This document shows, one piece after another, positions 10,028-17,797 of a stretch of DNA of 49,576 bases; position 1 is the first letter of the stretch; every line of letters begins with the position of its first letter. The notes below the pieces were generated by a model. It saw only the letters and a list, made by a program, of their open reading frames with translations. It searched no databases and was not told the DNA's origin. Made by a program: the position numbers and the translations under genes. This DNA comes from Escherichia phage HK639: the sequence record NC_016158.1; one strand, written 5' to 3'.

Positions 10028-10140
10028 ATGCGCATCGCACGCGCACATCGAAGAAAGTCTTTCAGCTGTGAGCCTGGGCAAACCGTTAACTTTCGGCGGA
10101 TTTGCCGTGCGACAGGCTCACGTCTAAAAGGAAATGAGAA
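10022..10140 (+). promoter_or_regulatory. Structured leader, copy A (paralogue of 47243-47378)
   Basis: Homologous by eye to the second copy. 11-nt phased repeat GCGCATCGCAc/GCGCACATCGA. Hairpin closed by GTGAGCCTG (10068-10076) and CAGGCTCAC (10113-10121). Shared CTAAAAGG...ATGAATAA at the end. Confidence 0.55.
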
Positions 10141-10821
10141 ATGAATAAAGATATGGTGCTCATATTACGTGACGATGGCCATGAGCTTCAAACGGCCGAG
10201 TATACAGCCCGCTACGATCGTAATGGGAAAAGAACGATTGCCATGGGGCTTTATGAAAAGAGTCCATTCAGTTTCCGCGTTGAACGATTAACAGAGGATA
10301 AATCCACGGGATTGGCTATTGGCGTCAAAGAAGGCGAGGTCTTTATCAAGGATGCCTTTATTGGCAGTGGCATTGTATCTGCGAACTATAACGTGAAGTT
10401 GAATATCAACAACGTTGGCAAATTACACGAAGCTGGCATGACCCTCGGTGTTGAAGATGGCCAGAGCAACGTTGAGTTTATGGCTGACCGCTTTAAGGTG
10501 CATGAAGCCGCTCAATCAGCCAGCAATAATGAAGAGACGGCCTTCAATGGTGATCTGGCTTTTGGTGGTTTCCCTGGGGCAATTAGTCATGATGGAGCTA
10601 ATCCCGCTGATGGCAATAATGCCACCAAAACCAGCCTCAATGATGAGATGTGCGAAGCCATTATCTCCGCCGTACGCGAAAGCGATTTGTTCGCATCCCT
10701 CCAGGCAAAGATTGATGCGCAAACAGCTTCAGTAGCTGGCCTGCAACAGGCGATGCACGAAGCGGTGAACGATGCTCTTCGCAATGCGCTGAAGCCAGGC
10801 GGTCTGCTGTACAAACGATAA
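10141..10821 (+). CDS. Tail-tip (J C-terminal domain) paralogue, moron-like insertion between V and G
   Basis: ANYNVKLNINNVGKLHEAGMTLGVEDGQSNVEFMADRFKV aligns by eye with J residues AMYNIKVGVSSNGQYYAAGMGIGVENTPSGMQSQVIFLADRFAV. C-terminal LKPGGLLYKR echoes the tape-measure end LKPGGMIYNFSKGR. Confidence 0.6.
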   Translation: MNKDMVLILRDDGHELQTAEYTARYDRNGKRTIAMGLYEKSPFSFRVERLTEDKSTGLAIGVKEGEVFIKDAFIGSGIVSANYNVKLNINNVGKLHEAGMTLGVEDGQSNVEFMADRFKVHEAAQSASNNEETAFNGDLAFGGFPGAISHDGANPADGNNATKTSLNDEMCEAIISAVRESDLFASLQAKIDAQTASVAGLQQAMHEAVNDALRNALKPGGLLYKR

Positions 10822-10848
10822 CACCCCCATCACGCACTCGAATATTCA

Positions 10849-10873
10849 ACCCGCTACGGCGGGTTTTTCTTTT
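10849..10873 (+). terminator. Intrinsic terminator
   Basis: ACCCGC-TACG-GCGGGT followed by TTTTTCTTTT. Confidence 0.75.
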
Positions 10874-10886
10874 CTAAGGAACCGAA

Positions 10887-11225
10887 ATGACCAAATTTTC
10901 TCTGATCCCCAACCCAACTTTTTCTGTGACCGCGAGCATTCCGCGCGCTGGCGCCGAAGACGGCAAGCTGACGTTCACTTTCCGCCATAAAACGTTGGAA
11001 GAGCTGCGCTCCATGGATGCGAAGATGCAAAAGGCTGCGGAAGGTAAAAAGGCTGTTATCGAGCCGCAAGCTGACTATCTCATGGAAATTGTCGAAGGAT
11101 GGGCTCTTCCTGACGAGTTTACCCGCGAAAACGTTATTGTTCTCCTGCAAAACTATCCGCGTGCTTTTGACAGCATCGGCATGGCGTACACCAAAGAGCT
11201 GATGGGGATTCGCGAAAAAAACTGA
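10887..11225 (+). CDS. G: Tail assembly chaperone G
   Basis: 112 aa directly upstream of the tape measure, ends at the slippery site. Confidence 0.8.
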   Translation: MTKFSLIPNPTFSVTASIPRAGAEDGKLTFTFRHKTLEELRSMDAKMQKAAEGKKAVIEPQADYLMEIVEGWALPDEFTRENVIVLLQNYPRAFDSIGMAYTKELMGIREKN

Positions 11226-11530
11226 GGCAGGTCGCCGCAGCGTTGTATACGCCGGGACCGACGCTTGCGGAGCTGAGCGCTTTTGGTTTAACGCCTGAAG
11301 ATGTTGAGGAAGAGGTGGGGATCCTGCCCTCGGTATGGGAGTCCTTCACCATCTTCTCTGCGCTGGCTACCCAGTGGCGCGTCGGCGGGAGCGGGGCGAC
11401 CGGCCTTGATTACAACGTTCTCCCCTGGATGTTCAAGTTACACGGGGTTGAGGATGCGGCGGCCTGCATGGCTGACCTTCAAATTATGGAAAGCGAGGCT
11501 CTCAAGGTAATGCATAAGGAGACGAAATAA
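10887..11530 (+). CDS. T: Tail assembly chaperone G-T fusion via programmed -1 frameshift
   Basis: The -1 frame stays open from the slip site to 11530 and reads ...EKKLRQVAAALYTPGPTLAELSAF..., matching track ORF 11243-11530. The stop overlaps the tape-measure start (TAATG). Confidence 0.75.
11216..11222 (+). promoter_or_regulatory. -1 ribosomal frameshift slippery heptamer A_AAA_AAC
   Basis: In-frame X_XXY_YYZ motif 1 codon before the G stop. Confidence 0.75.
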
Positions 11531-14500
11531 TGACAGACCAAATCGCCTCGATTACTTTGCGGGCCGATGTATCCGACCTGAAAACAGCCAGCAATGAACT
11601 GGATAGGCTCGGCGAGGCGGCGGCGGGCGCCGTAGATAAAGCGGATGATTTAAATAGCGTGTTTCGCGCTGGGGCCGATGCCGGCAAGCAGAGCGCAGCG
11701 GCTTTATGGGAGCAACAAAAATCCTTCAAGGGGCTGCTTGAAAGCATAGATCCAACTCTCGCAGCCTTAGGTAAGCTTGATGATCAGCAGCAAAAACTGC
11801 GGACAATTCATAGCAAGGGGTTACTCGATACTGAGGAGTTTACTCATTATCAAAAAATCCTGGACGACACCCGTCTCAAGCTGACCGACACTGGCGAAGC
11901 GGCGGCGCGTGCTCAGGCCGAATTAGCCGCTACCCAGGCGGCAGAGAAGCAGTCCACAGCGTTAAAGAACCTTCTTGGATCCATCGACCCGACTATCCGC
12001 GCGTTCAATTCATTGGATGAACAGCACGCACAGCTGGTGGCCCATTTCGAAGCTGGGCGCATTAACGGTGCTCAGTTCGAGCACTTCAACACAATCCTTA
12101 ACCAGACGCGTGAGCGCCTCTCTGGTGTCGCAGACGTACTACCAGAAGCGCTATCCCGGCAGGAAGCTGCTGCCCGGCGCGCTGGAATCTCCGTTGGTCA
12201 GTACAGCGCAGCAATGCGTACGCTTCCGGCTCAGTTCACGGATATCGCCACGCAGTTAGCTGGTGGGCAGTCGCCGTTCCTGATTCTGCTGCAACAGGGC
12301 GGGCAGATTAAAGACCAGTTTGGCTCGGTTCAGGGGGCGCTGTCCGGCGTCGGAGAATACATCCGCAGTATGGCTGGGATGATTAACCCAACCACGATCG
12401 CACTTGGTGGGCTGATTGGGACGATCGGCCTGCTGGCTGCCGCAGCGTATAACTCCTCGGAGCAATTTGACCAGGTGGCACGCTCTGTCATCATGATGGG
12501 TGGGGCTGGCTTCTCCTCAATGCAGCAGCTCAACCAGGCCGCTGAGGAAGTGGCTGGCAAGACGAATACATCGATCAGCTCCACCGTCGATACGCTGGTT
12601 ACGTTGAACGATACTGGCAAATATACCGCCAGCCAGATGAAACAGGTCGCAACGACCATCACCCTCATGGGTAAGGCCGGAAATGATACCAAAGCGGCAA
12701 TGGCCGACTTCGGAAAGATTGTCAGCGATCCGGTTAAAGGGCTGGCCAGCCTCAATGAGCAATATGGTTTCGTTGATGAGGCCATGATTAAGCACATCAT
12801 CCAGCTTCGTAAGCAGAAGGGTGAGCAGGCCGCTGTTACCGAAGCCATTAACCTGTTTGCTGGCGTCATGGAAAAACGCGCACAGGAGACTATTGAGGCA
12901 ACGGACAATATTGGCAAAGCATGGACTGGGCTAAAAGCATTCGCCTCTGACACTTTCGGCCAAATCGGAATTACTGTGCGGGCTTGGGGAAATCAGGTTA
13001 TCGAGGTGTTCAAGTTATTGAGCACTTCGTTTGAAGCCCTTTTCGTCAAGATGAAAGAGGTCTCCCTTGAAATTATGGGGGGGATGATCACCGGGTTCAC
13101 GGATATTGCTAACAAACTTCCGGGCGGGGAAACTCTCATCAAATCCATGGGGTTTGATGGGCTCGCTGAGAGCGTTGCCAAGAACAGAGAGGCAGCAAGC
13201 AAGGAATATACTCAGCTTACCGCTGAGTACAACAAGCACATTGCTAATCTCAGTAAATCCCAGTGGCAATGGGAGGAGGAAGCGAAGAATGGTCTTGGCG
13301 GGGGGGTAAAAGGCACAGGCTCAGTTGATCGGCAAACTAAGGATGCCGTTTCAAAGCTTGCTGAGGACTCAGCCAAAAAGACCAAAGAGGCGAAAGCCAC
13401 TCTGGAAGCTGGCGATCGCACCCTGGAGAACTACCGCGCCCAGGCCAGAACGTTAACCGAAACGCTCGAGACCCTCCGACAAACTGGCGAAACCCACGCT
13501 AAAAACACCGAGTTCAGTAAACAGCAATCTCGATTCGCTGAATTGGATGAGGCAGCCAAAACCCGCGCGCTGACTGCTCAGGAAAAATCTTTACTGTCGA
13601 GCCGTGAGGCGATTCTGAACGCCGCCAAGGTGGTTGATCAGAAGAACAAGGAAGTAGAGGCGCAGCAGAAGATTAACGGCCTGGCGCAGCAGGCGAATAA
13701 ATACGTCACGCAGATGTCGGAAAAAACCGATGCGTTGCGTGATAGTGCAGGCCTCAGCAGTCGGCAAACGCAGCGCATGATGGAAGAGGCGCAGCTTCGC
13801 CAGGGCTGGCTCAACGGTGGGGGTAAACTTGAGGATGCCGGGTATGAAAAAGAACTGGCGGCTCTCAGGAAATATTACGCCGAAGAGGACAAATTGCGGG
13901 GCGACTGGAAAGCGGGGGCTGTTGCTGGATGGAATGAATATCTGGACGCGGCCACGAACACTTACGACGCCGTTAAAAACGTTGCCAGTTCCACGCTGAC
14001 CGGCCTGAGCAACATGCTGACTGAGCTTATGACAACTGGCACCGCGTCAGTTAAAGAGTTCGGCAAGTCGATGCTCAAGATGATCCTCGAGATAACCAAC
14101 CAACTTATAGTGGCCTATACAGTACAGGCCGCGATGGGCTGGATAAGCGGTGGCAGCAAAGGCGGGAGCACACCAGGGGGATCTTACGCGAACGCTGCCG
14201 CTGGCCTAACTTTTAACGCTAAAGGCGGTGTTTATGATTCGCCCGGGCTCAGTAAGTACGTTAATGGGGTATACGACTCTCCCCAGTATTTTACTTTCCA
14301 GGGGGCGTCCAAGTTTGCGAAGGGCGGTGTATTCGCAGAGGCTGGTGCTGAAGCAATCATGCCACTTACTCGGGACTCCGCCGGACGGTTGGGCGTACGC
14401 GCCCAGGGCGGTGGCGGTATGGCTCCGGTTATTAATATCACCGTTAACGTTGATGCTGGTGGTTCGGTCACAACCCAAACATCCAGTTCCGGTGATGCTA

Positions 14501-14604
14501 TGGGCCGTGCCCTTGCTGATGAAATGCAGAACGCTGCGTTGCAGGTTATCCAGAAGCACCTTAAGCCTGGTGGCATGATTTACAACTTTAGCAAAGGTAG
14601 ATAG
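11530..14604 (+). CDS. H: Tape measure protein
   Basis: 1024 aa, long helical repeats, hydrophobic glycine-rich central segment, follows G/T. Confidence 0.9.
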   Translation: MTDQIASITLRADVSDLKTASNELDRLGEAAAGAVDKADDLNSVFRAGADAGKQSAAALWEQQKSFKGLLESIDPTLAALGKLDDQQQKLRTIHSKGLLDTEEFTHYQKILDDTRLKLTDTGEAAARAQAELAATQAAEKQSTALKNLLGSIDPTIRAFNSLDEQHAQLVAHFEAGRINGAQFEHFNTILNQTRERLSGVADVLPEALSRQEAAARRAGISVGQYSAAMRTLPAQFTDIATQLAGGQSPFLILLQQGGQIKDQFGSVQGALSGVGEYIRSMAGMINPTTIALGGLIGTIGLLAAAAYNSSEQFDQVARSVIMMGGAGFSSMQQLNQAAEEVAGKTNTSISSTVDTLVTLNDTGKYTASQMKQVATTITLMGKAGNDTKAAMADFGKIVSDPVKGLASLNEQYGFVDEAMIKHIIQLRKQKGEQAAVTEAINLFAGVMEKRAQETIEATDNIGKAWTGLKAFASDTFGQIGITVRAWGNQVIEVFKLLSTSFEALFVKMKEVSLEIMGGMITGFTDIANKLPGGETLIKSMGFDGLAESVAKNREAASKEYTQLTAEYNKHIANLSKSQWQWEEEAKNGLGGGVKGTGSVDRQTKDAVSKLAEDSAKKTKEAKATLEAGDRTLENYRAQARTLTETLETLRQTGETHAKNTEFSKQQSRFAELDEAAKTRALTAQEKSLLSSREAILNAAKVVDQKNKEVEAQQKINGLAQQANKYVTQMSEKTDALRDSAGLSSRQTQRMMEEAQLRQGWLNGGGKLEDAGYEKELAALRKYYAEEDKLRGDWKAGAVAGWNEYLDAATNTYDAVKNVASSTLTGLSNMLTELMTTGTASVKEFGKSMLKMILEITNQLIVAYTVQAAMGWISGGSKGGSTPGGSYANAAAGLTFNAKGGVYDSPGLSKYVNGVYDSPQYFTFQGASKFAKGGVFAEAGAEAIMPLTRDSAGRLGVRAQGGGGMAPVINITVNVDAGGSVTTQTSSSGDAMGRALADEMQNAALQVIQKHLKPGGMIYNFSKGR

Positions 14605-14680
14605 CCCTCTTCTGCGGGTTTTGCCTTTGTCTGAATGCTGTTAGGATTAGTCCGAGCTTTCACCGAAGGAAGATAGGGGC

Positions 14681-15094
14681 ATGCAGAAACTTATTTTGGT
14701 CATGGGCATCATCGCTTTGGTTGGATGTGCCACCAAGCCAATTTCAACTGAGCAGGCTAAGCCAGCGCCAGCGAAACAAATTCTTGATAACACTCTCTTT
14801 ACGAAAAAGGCTGGCACCGGGGAGGTTGTGATTAAACGTGATTCTGGTTATGTGGGGAGCGCTTGTTTGACGAGGGTTTATGTCGATGGGCGTGAAGTTG
14901 CCGATCTTGACCCTGAACAAAAAATCACAATCTACCCCACCTTGGGGGATCACATCTTCAGCGCGTGGCCAAAAGGAATGTGTGGTGGGGGTATGAGTGA
15001 ACAGGCAGGTAAAGTAATCGAAGGTAAGGTATTAACTTACAGGATAGGTTACGGCTCTGGTTCAGAATTTGGGATTTACCCAACCGCATTTTAA
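14681..15094 (+). CDS. Lipoprotein (moron)
   Basis: Signal peptide with lipobox LVG-C16; SD AAGGAAG; own terminator; inserted after the tape measure, where lambda has no gene. Confidence 0.75.
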   Translation: MQKLILVMGIIALVGCATKPISTEQAKPAPAKQILDNTLFTKKAGTGEVVIKRDSGYVGSACLTRVYVDGREVADLDPEQKITIYPTLGDHIFSAWPKGMCGGGMSEQAGKVIEGKVLTYRIGYGSGSEFGIYPTAF

Positions 15095-15130
15095 CCACTA
15101 ACCAAGACCTCCCGGGCCTATAGCCCAACA

Positions 15131-15155
15131 AGCCTCGCTGACGCGGGGCTTTTTT
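15131..15155 (+). terminator. Intrinsic terminator
   Basis: AGCCTCGC-TGAC-GCGGGGCT followed by TTTTT. Nested inside a longer inverted repeat AACCAAGACC...GGTCTTGTTGGTT. Confidence 0.75.
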
Positions 15156-15570
15156 GTCGGCGCAAGGCTCGGTCTTGTTGGTTAAAATCTGAGCGCCTCT
15201 TTCAGATGGGGCCAAATACTACAGCAATCTTTTGGTTGGTGCATTGCTATCTGGACACGGTTTTTGTGCAAAAAGTGCTATTGAGCAAGATTTTGACCGT
15301 TTGAAGCGAACCATAGGTTCAACCTATCTCCTGTGATCGTGACAATAGTTTACTATTACCTGAGGGGCATTTTCTGCGAAAATGCCTTTAACTTGCATAG
15401 TGGCCGCCTCTAAGTTCGTCGAACGTGAATGGATCTTGAGCGATACGCCCGTTGCTCAAAAATGACGAATGGTATTAAGATGAATAACAGAACATGAATT
15501 TTATAGGGCTGAAGAATCTTATCTTCGGCCTTTCTTGTCAGAGGTGCTCCAAGGAAACTGGGAGGACGTT

Positions 15571-16143
15571 ATGCCTAAGAATGAAAAAGATAAGCGAAAT
15601 ATGCCTTTTTTTGATGCCTTTAAGACTACTGCCGCTATTGGTTTGCTGATGCAGCAAACAGCCGCATTACATTGCTCTGAAGGCCCGCAGCCACATCCAT
15701 CGTTTTACACTCTTCAGGCAAGTGTGGCAGCGAACGCGCACATGATTAGCCCTGAGATGGAGGAGTCCCTCGAATTCATCAAGGGGCTGAAAGAGATGTT
15801 ACAGAAAGGTTACGTTCTCCTTTCTGATGCTCACTTAAATGAGCGTGACTATTATATTCGCAAGCTGGACCCTGCTCAAACGGATCTGGTTGAACTTCAG
15901 CTACGCGGACTTGAGGGTGGTTTGAAAAACGTCTTTAAGAATTGCTCTGAGGCGGACAAAGAACTTCTGAAACCGTATTTGATGACGATTGCTGAAGCCC
16001 GCTCAGCTTCTACAAAGTTGAATCATTTAATTGCCCAAATGACTAAAGCTGCTGACAATTTCACCAGCGAGATTGATATGGAAGGGCTGCGTTCACTGGC
16101 AAAATATGGCACAGAGACCTTTTTCTCTGGTCGTTTCCATTGA
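15571..16143 (+). CDS. Unknown 190-aa helical protein, candidate cognate antitoxin/partner of the YafO-like toxin
   Basis: ATG 15571 preceded by GGAGG (track TTG 15535 is less likely). Stop is 8 nt before the toxin start. I see no resemblance to YafN/Phd. Confidence 0.55.
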   Translation: MPKNEKDKRNMPFFDAFKTTAAIGLLMQQTAALHCSEGPQPHPSFYTLQASVAANAHMISPEMEESLEFIKGLKEMLQKGYVLLSDAHLNERDYYIRKLDPAQTDLVELQLRGLEGGLKNVFKNCSEADKELLKPYLMTIAEARSASTKLNHLIAQMTKAADNFTSEIDMEGLRSLAKYGTETFFSGRFH

Positions 16144-16151
16144 GGTGAAGG

Positions 16152-16589
16152 ATGCACGTAACTGTCACATATAATGTTAAAAGTTACGACTTCTTCTTTA
16201 AACCTATCTTCCTTGAGTTTCCGCACTTGAAACAATCATTACTTGATGATTTTTCAGCATATAAGGCCACTAATCAGCTACCCCACTACTTTGGAAGAGA
16301 TACTGATTATGCAAGGCCAGCAGATATTCAGGGTTCTGGCCTTATGCATATCCATTTAGGTTTGCATGAGAACAAACTGCTAACACCTCAAGGTAAGCAG
16401 ATAGACTCCAGTACGCCACAGTGGGATAGAACCTCAGATTCGGCTTTGCTATATGCTCAGAATCTATTTGATGAAAATCAATATTCTCTTATCGCTCTCT
16501 TCGACCCGTTAGCGCACAGTAAAGCTCAGAATTTTGACCGAATGAGACTATTGGCATCGTATGCTTTAGAGTTTAAGAATCAAATCTAA
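16152..16589 (+). CDS. YafO-family toxin (ribosome-dependent mRNA interferase family)
   Basis: By-eye alignment to recalled E. coli YafO in three blocks. DFSAYKATNQLPHYFGRDTDY matches DFISYKRDGVLPDIFGRDALY. MHIHLGLHEN matches AHIHLANEN. RTSDSALLYAQNLFDENQYSLIALFDPLAH matches RTNDEAHLVYCQGAFDEQAWLLIAILKPEPH. Confidence 0.75.
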   Translation: MHVTVTYNVKSYDFFFKPIFLEFPHLKQSLLDDFSAYKATNQLPHYFGRDTDYARPADIQGSGLMHIHLGLHENKLLTPQGKQIDSSTPQWDRTSDSALLYAQNLFDENQYSLIALFDPLAHSKAQNFDRMRLLASYALEFKNQI

Positions 16590-16613
16590 ACCCGCTTCGG
16601 CGGGTTTTTGTTT
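16589..16613 (+). terminator. Intrinsic terminator
   Basis: AACCCGC-TTCG-GCGGGTT followed by TTTGTTT. Confidence 0.7.
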
Positions 16614-16630
16614 AATACGCTACATCCAAG

Positions 16631-16653
16631 CCCGCCTTATGGCGGGTTTTTTT
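16631..16653 (+). terminator. Second tandem intrinsic terminator
   Basis: CCCGCC-TTAT-GGCGGG followed by TTTTTTT, 12 nt before the M start. Confidence 0.75.
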
Positions 16654-16664
16654 ATGGAGAAAAT

Positions 16665-17015
16665 ATGGCAGTTGAAACCTACGCCTGGCGCTCGCAACTC
16701 GGTGCAGGCGCGATTGAGTACAGCCAGACGGTGCGCGCGGCGCAGTTCGGCGATGGCTATGAGCAGGTGGCTGAGAATGGCATCAACTCCACAGCCATTC
16801 AGGTGCCGATGAAGCATACAGGAGCAGAGGCTGAGGTTGATGCAGTCCGTGATTTCCTCCTGGCTCATACCGTGAAGGCCTTCATCATCACGCCGCCGGG
16901 AGAAGAGAAGGGGCTTTACCGTGTAGTCGCAGATTCTGTGCGGAAAAATCAGATCAGCAGCAAATTCGCTGAGCTGACATTCACTATCAAACGGGCTTAT
17001 GGGGTGTATGCATAA
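16665..17015 (+). CDS. M: Minor tail protein M
   Basis: 116 aa from ATG 16665; FGDGYEQ motif as in lambda M (FGDGYSQ); precedes L. Confidence 0.8.
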   Translation: MAVETYAWRSQLGAGAIEYSQTVRAAQFGDGYEQVAENGINSTAIQVPMKHTGAEAEVDAVRDFLLAHTVKAFIITPPGEEKGLYRVVADSVRKNQISSKFAELTFTIKRAYGVYA

Positions 17016-17785
17016 TGGCATTAGTCGATCAGGCGGCGATGCTGGCACCAGGTGGCAGAGTCCGCCTGGTTGAAGTTGACGCCTCAGAGTTCAGTGGTGG
17101 TATCCACCGTTTCCACTACGCACCTTTCCCCCATACGCCGGAAGAAATTGATGCTGCCAATGGAGATGAACAAAAGCTCGGACCCAAGCCTATCTTCTTC
17201 GGTGGCAATACCTACGATTTTTGGCCGTTTCAGGTTTCAGGCCTGGAGCTATCAACAGACCAGGCGGCGGAGCCGTCTCTTAGCGTTTCCAACCTCGACG
17301 GTCATATCACGGCGCTGTGCCTCCAATTTAAGGATATGGTTAACGCCAAAGTGAGCATTATCGATACCTATGCGGTTTATCTCGATGCCGTGAATTACGC
17401 TGGCGGTGTAAATCCTACAGCTGATTCCTCAATGTTCACGATTCAAACCTTCTGGCTTGACACCAAAACCTCCGAAGACGACGAGGTAGTTACCTGGTCA
17501 CTCAGCAGCCCGGCCGATTTGCAAAATCTGGTCATTCCTACACGGCAAATCACCTCTCTCTGCGAGTGGGCGCTGCGCGGGCAATACCGTAGCGGCGACG
17601 GCTGCACCTACAACGGCACGGCGTATTTTGATGCGAAGGGTAATCCTGTCGCTGACCCGGCGCTGGATGTGTGCGGCGGCTGCCTCAGTGACTGCCGTAA
17701 ACGATTTGGCGCTGGCCTGGCAGACCCTGACGCGGCAATCCTCGATTTTGGTGGCTTCCCGGCAACCGTTCTCTTTATCCGATAA
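17015..17785 (+). CDS. L: Minor tail protein L
   Basis: Matches recalled lambda L blocks (LSVSNL, YLDAVNY, C-rich CEWALRGQYRSGDGCTYNG ... CGGCLSDCRKRFG). Confidence 0.85.
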   Translation: MALVDQAAMLAPGGRVRLVEVDASEFSGGIHRFHYAPFPHTPEEIDAANGDEQKLGPKPIFFGGNTYDFWPFQVSGLELSTDQAAEPSLSVSNLDGHITALCLQFKDMVNAKVSIIDTYAVYLDAVNYAGGVNPTADSSMFTIQTFWLDTKTSEDDEVVTWSLSSPADLQNLVIPTRQITSLCEWALRGQYRSGDGCTYNGTAYFDAKGNPVADPALDVCGGCLSDCRKRFGAGLADPDAAILDFGGFPATVLFIR

Positions 17786-17797
17786 CCGGACGTACCA

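Noticed and set aside
12330-12953. 207-aa minus-strand ORF (and other antisense ORFs within 11.5-14.6 kb)
   Set aside because: Antisense to the tape measure gene; alanine/serine-rich shadow frames.
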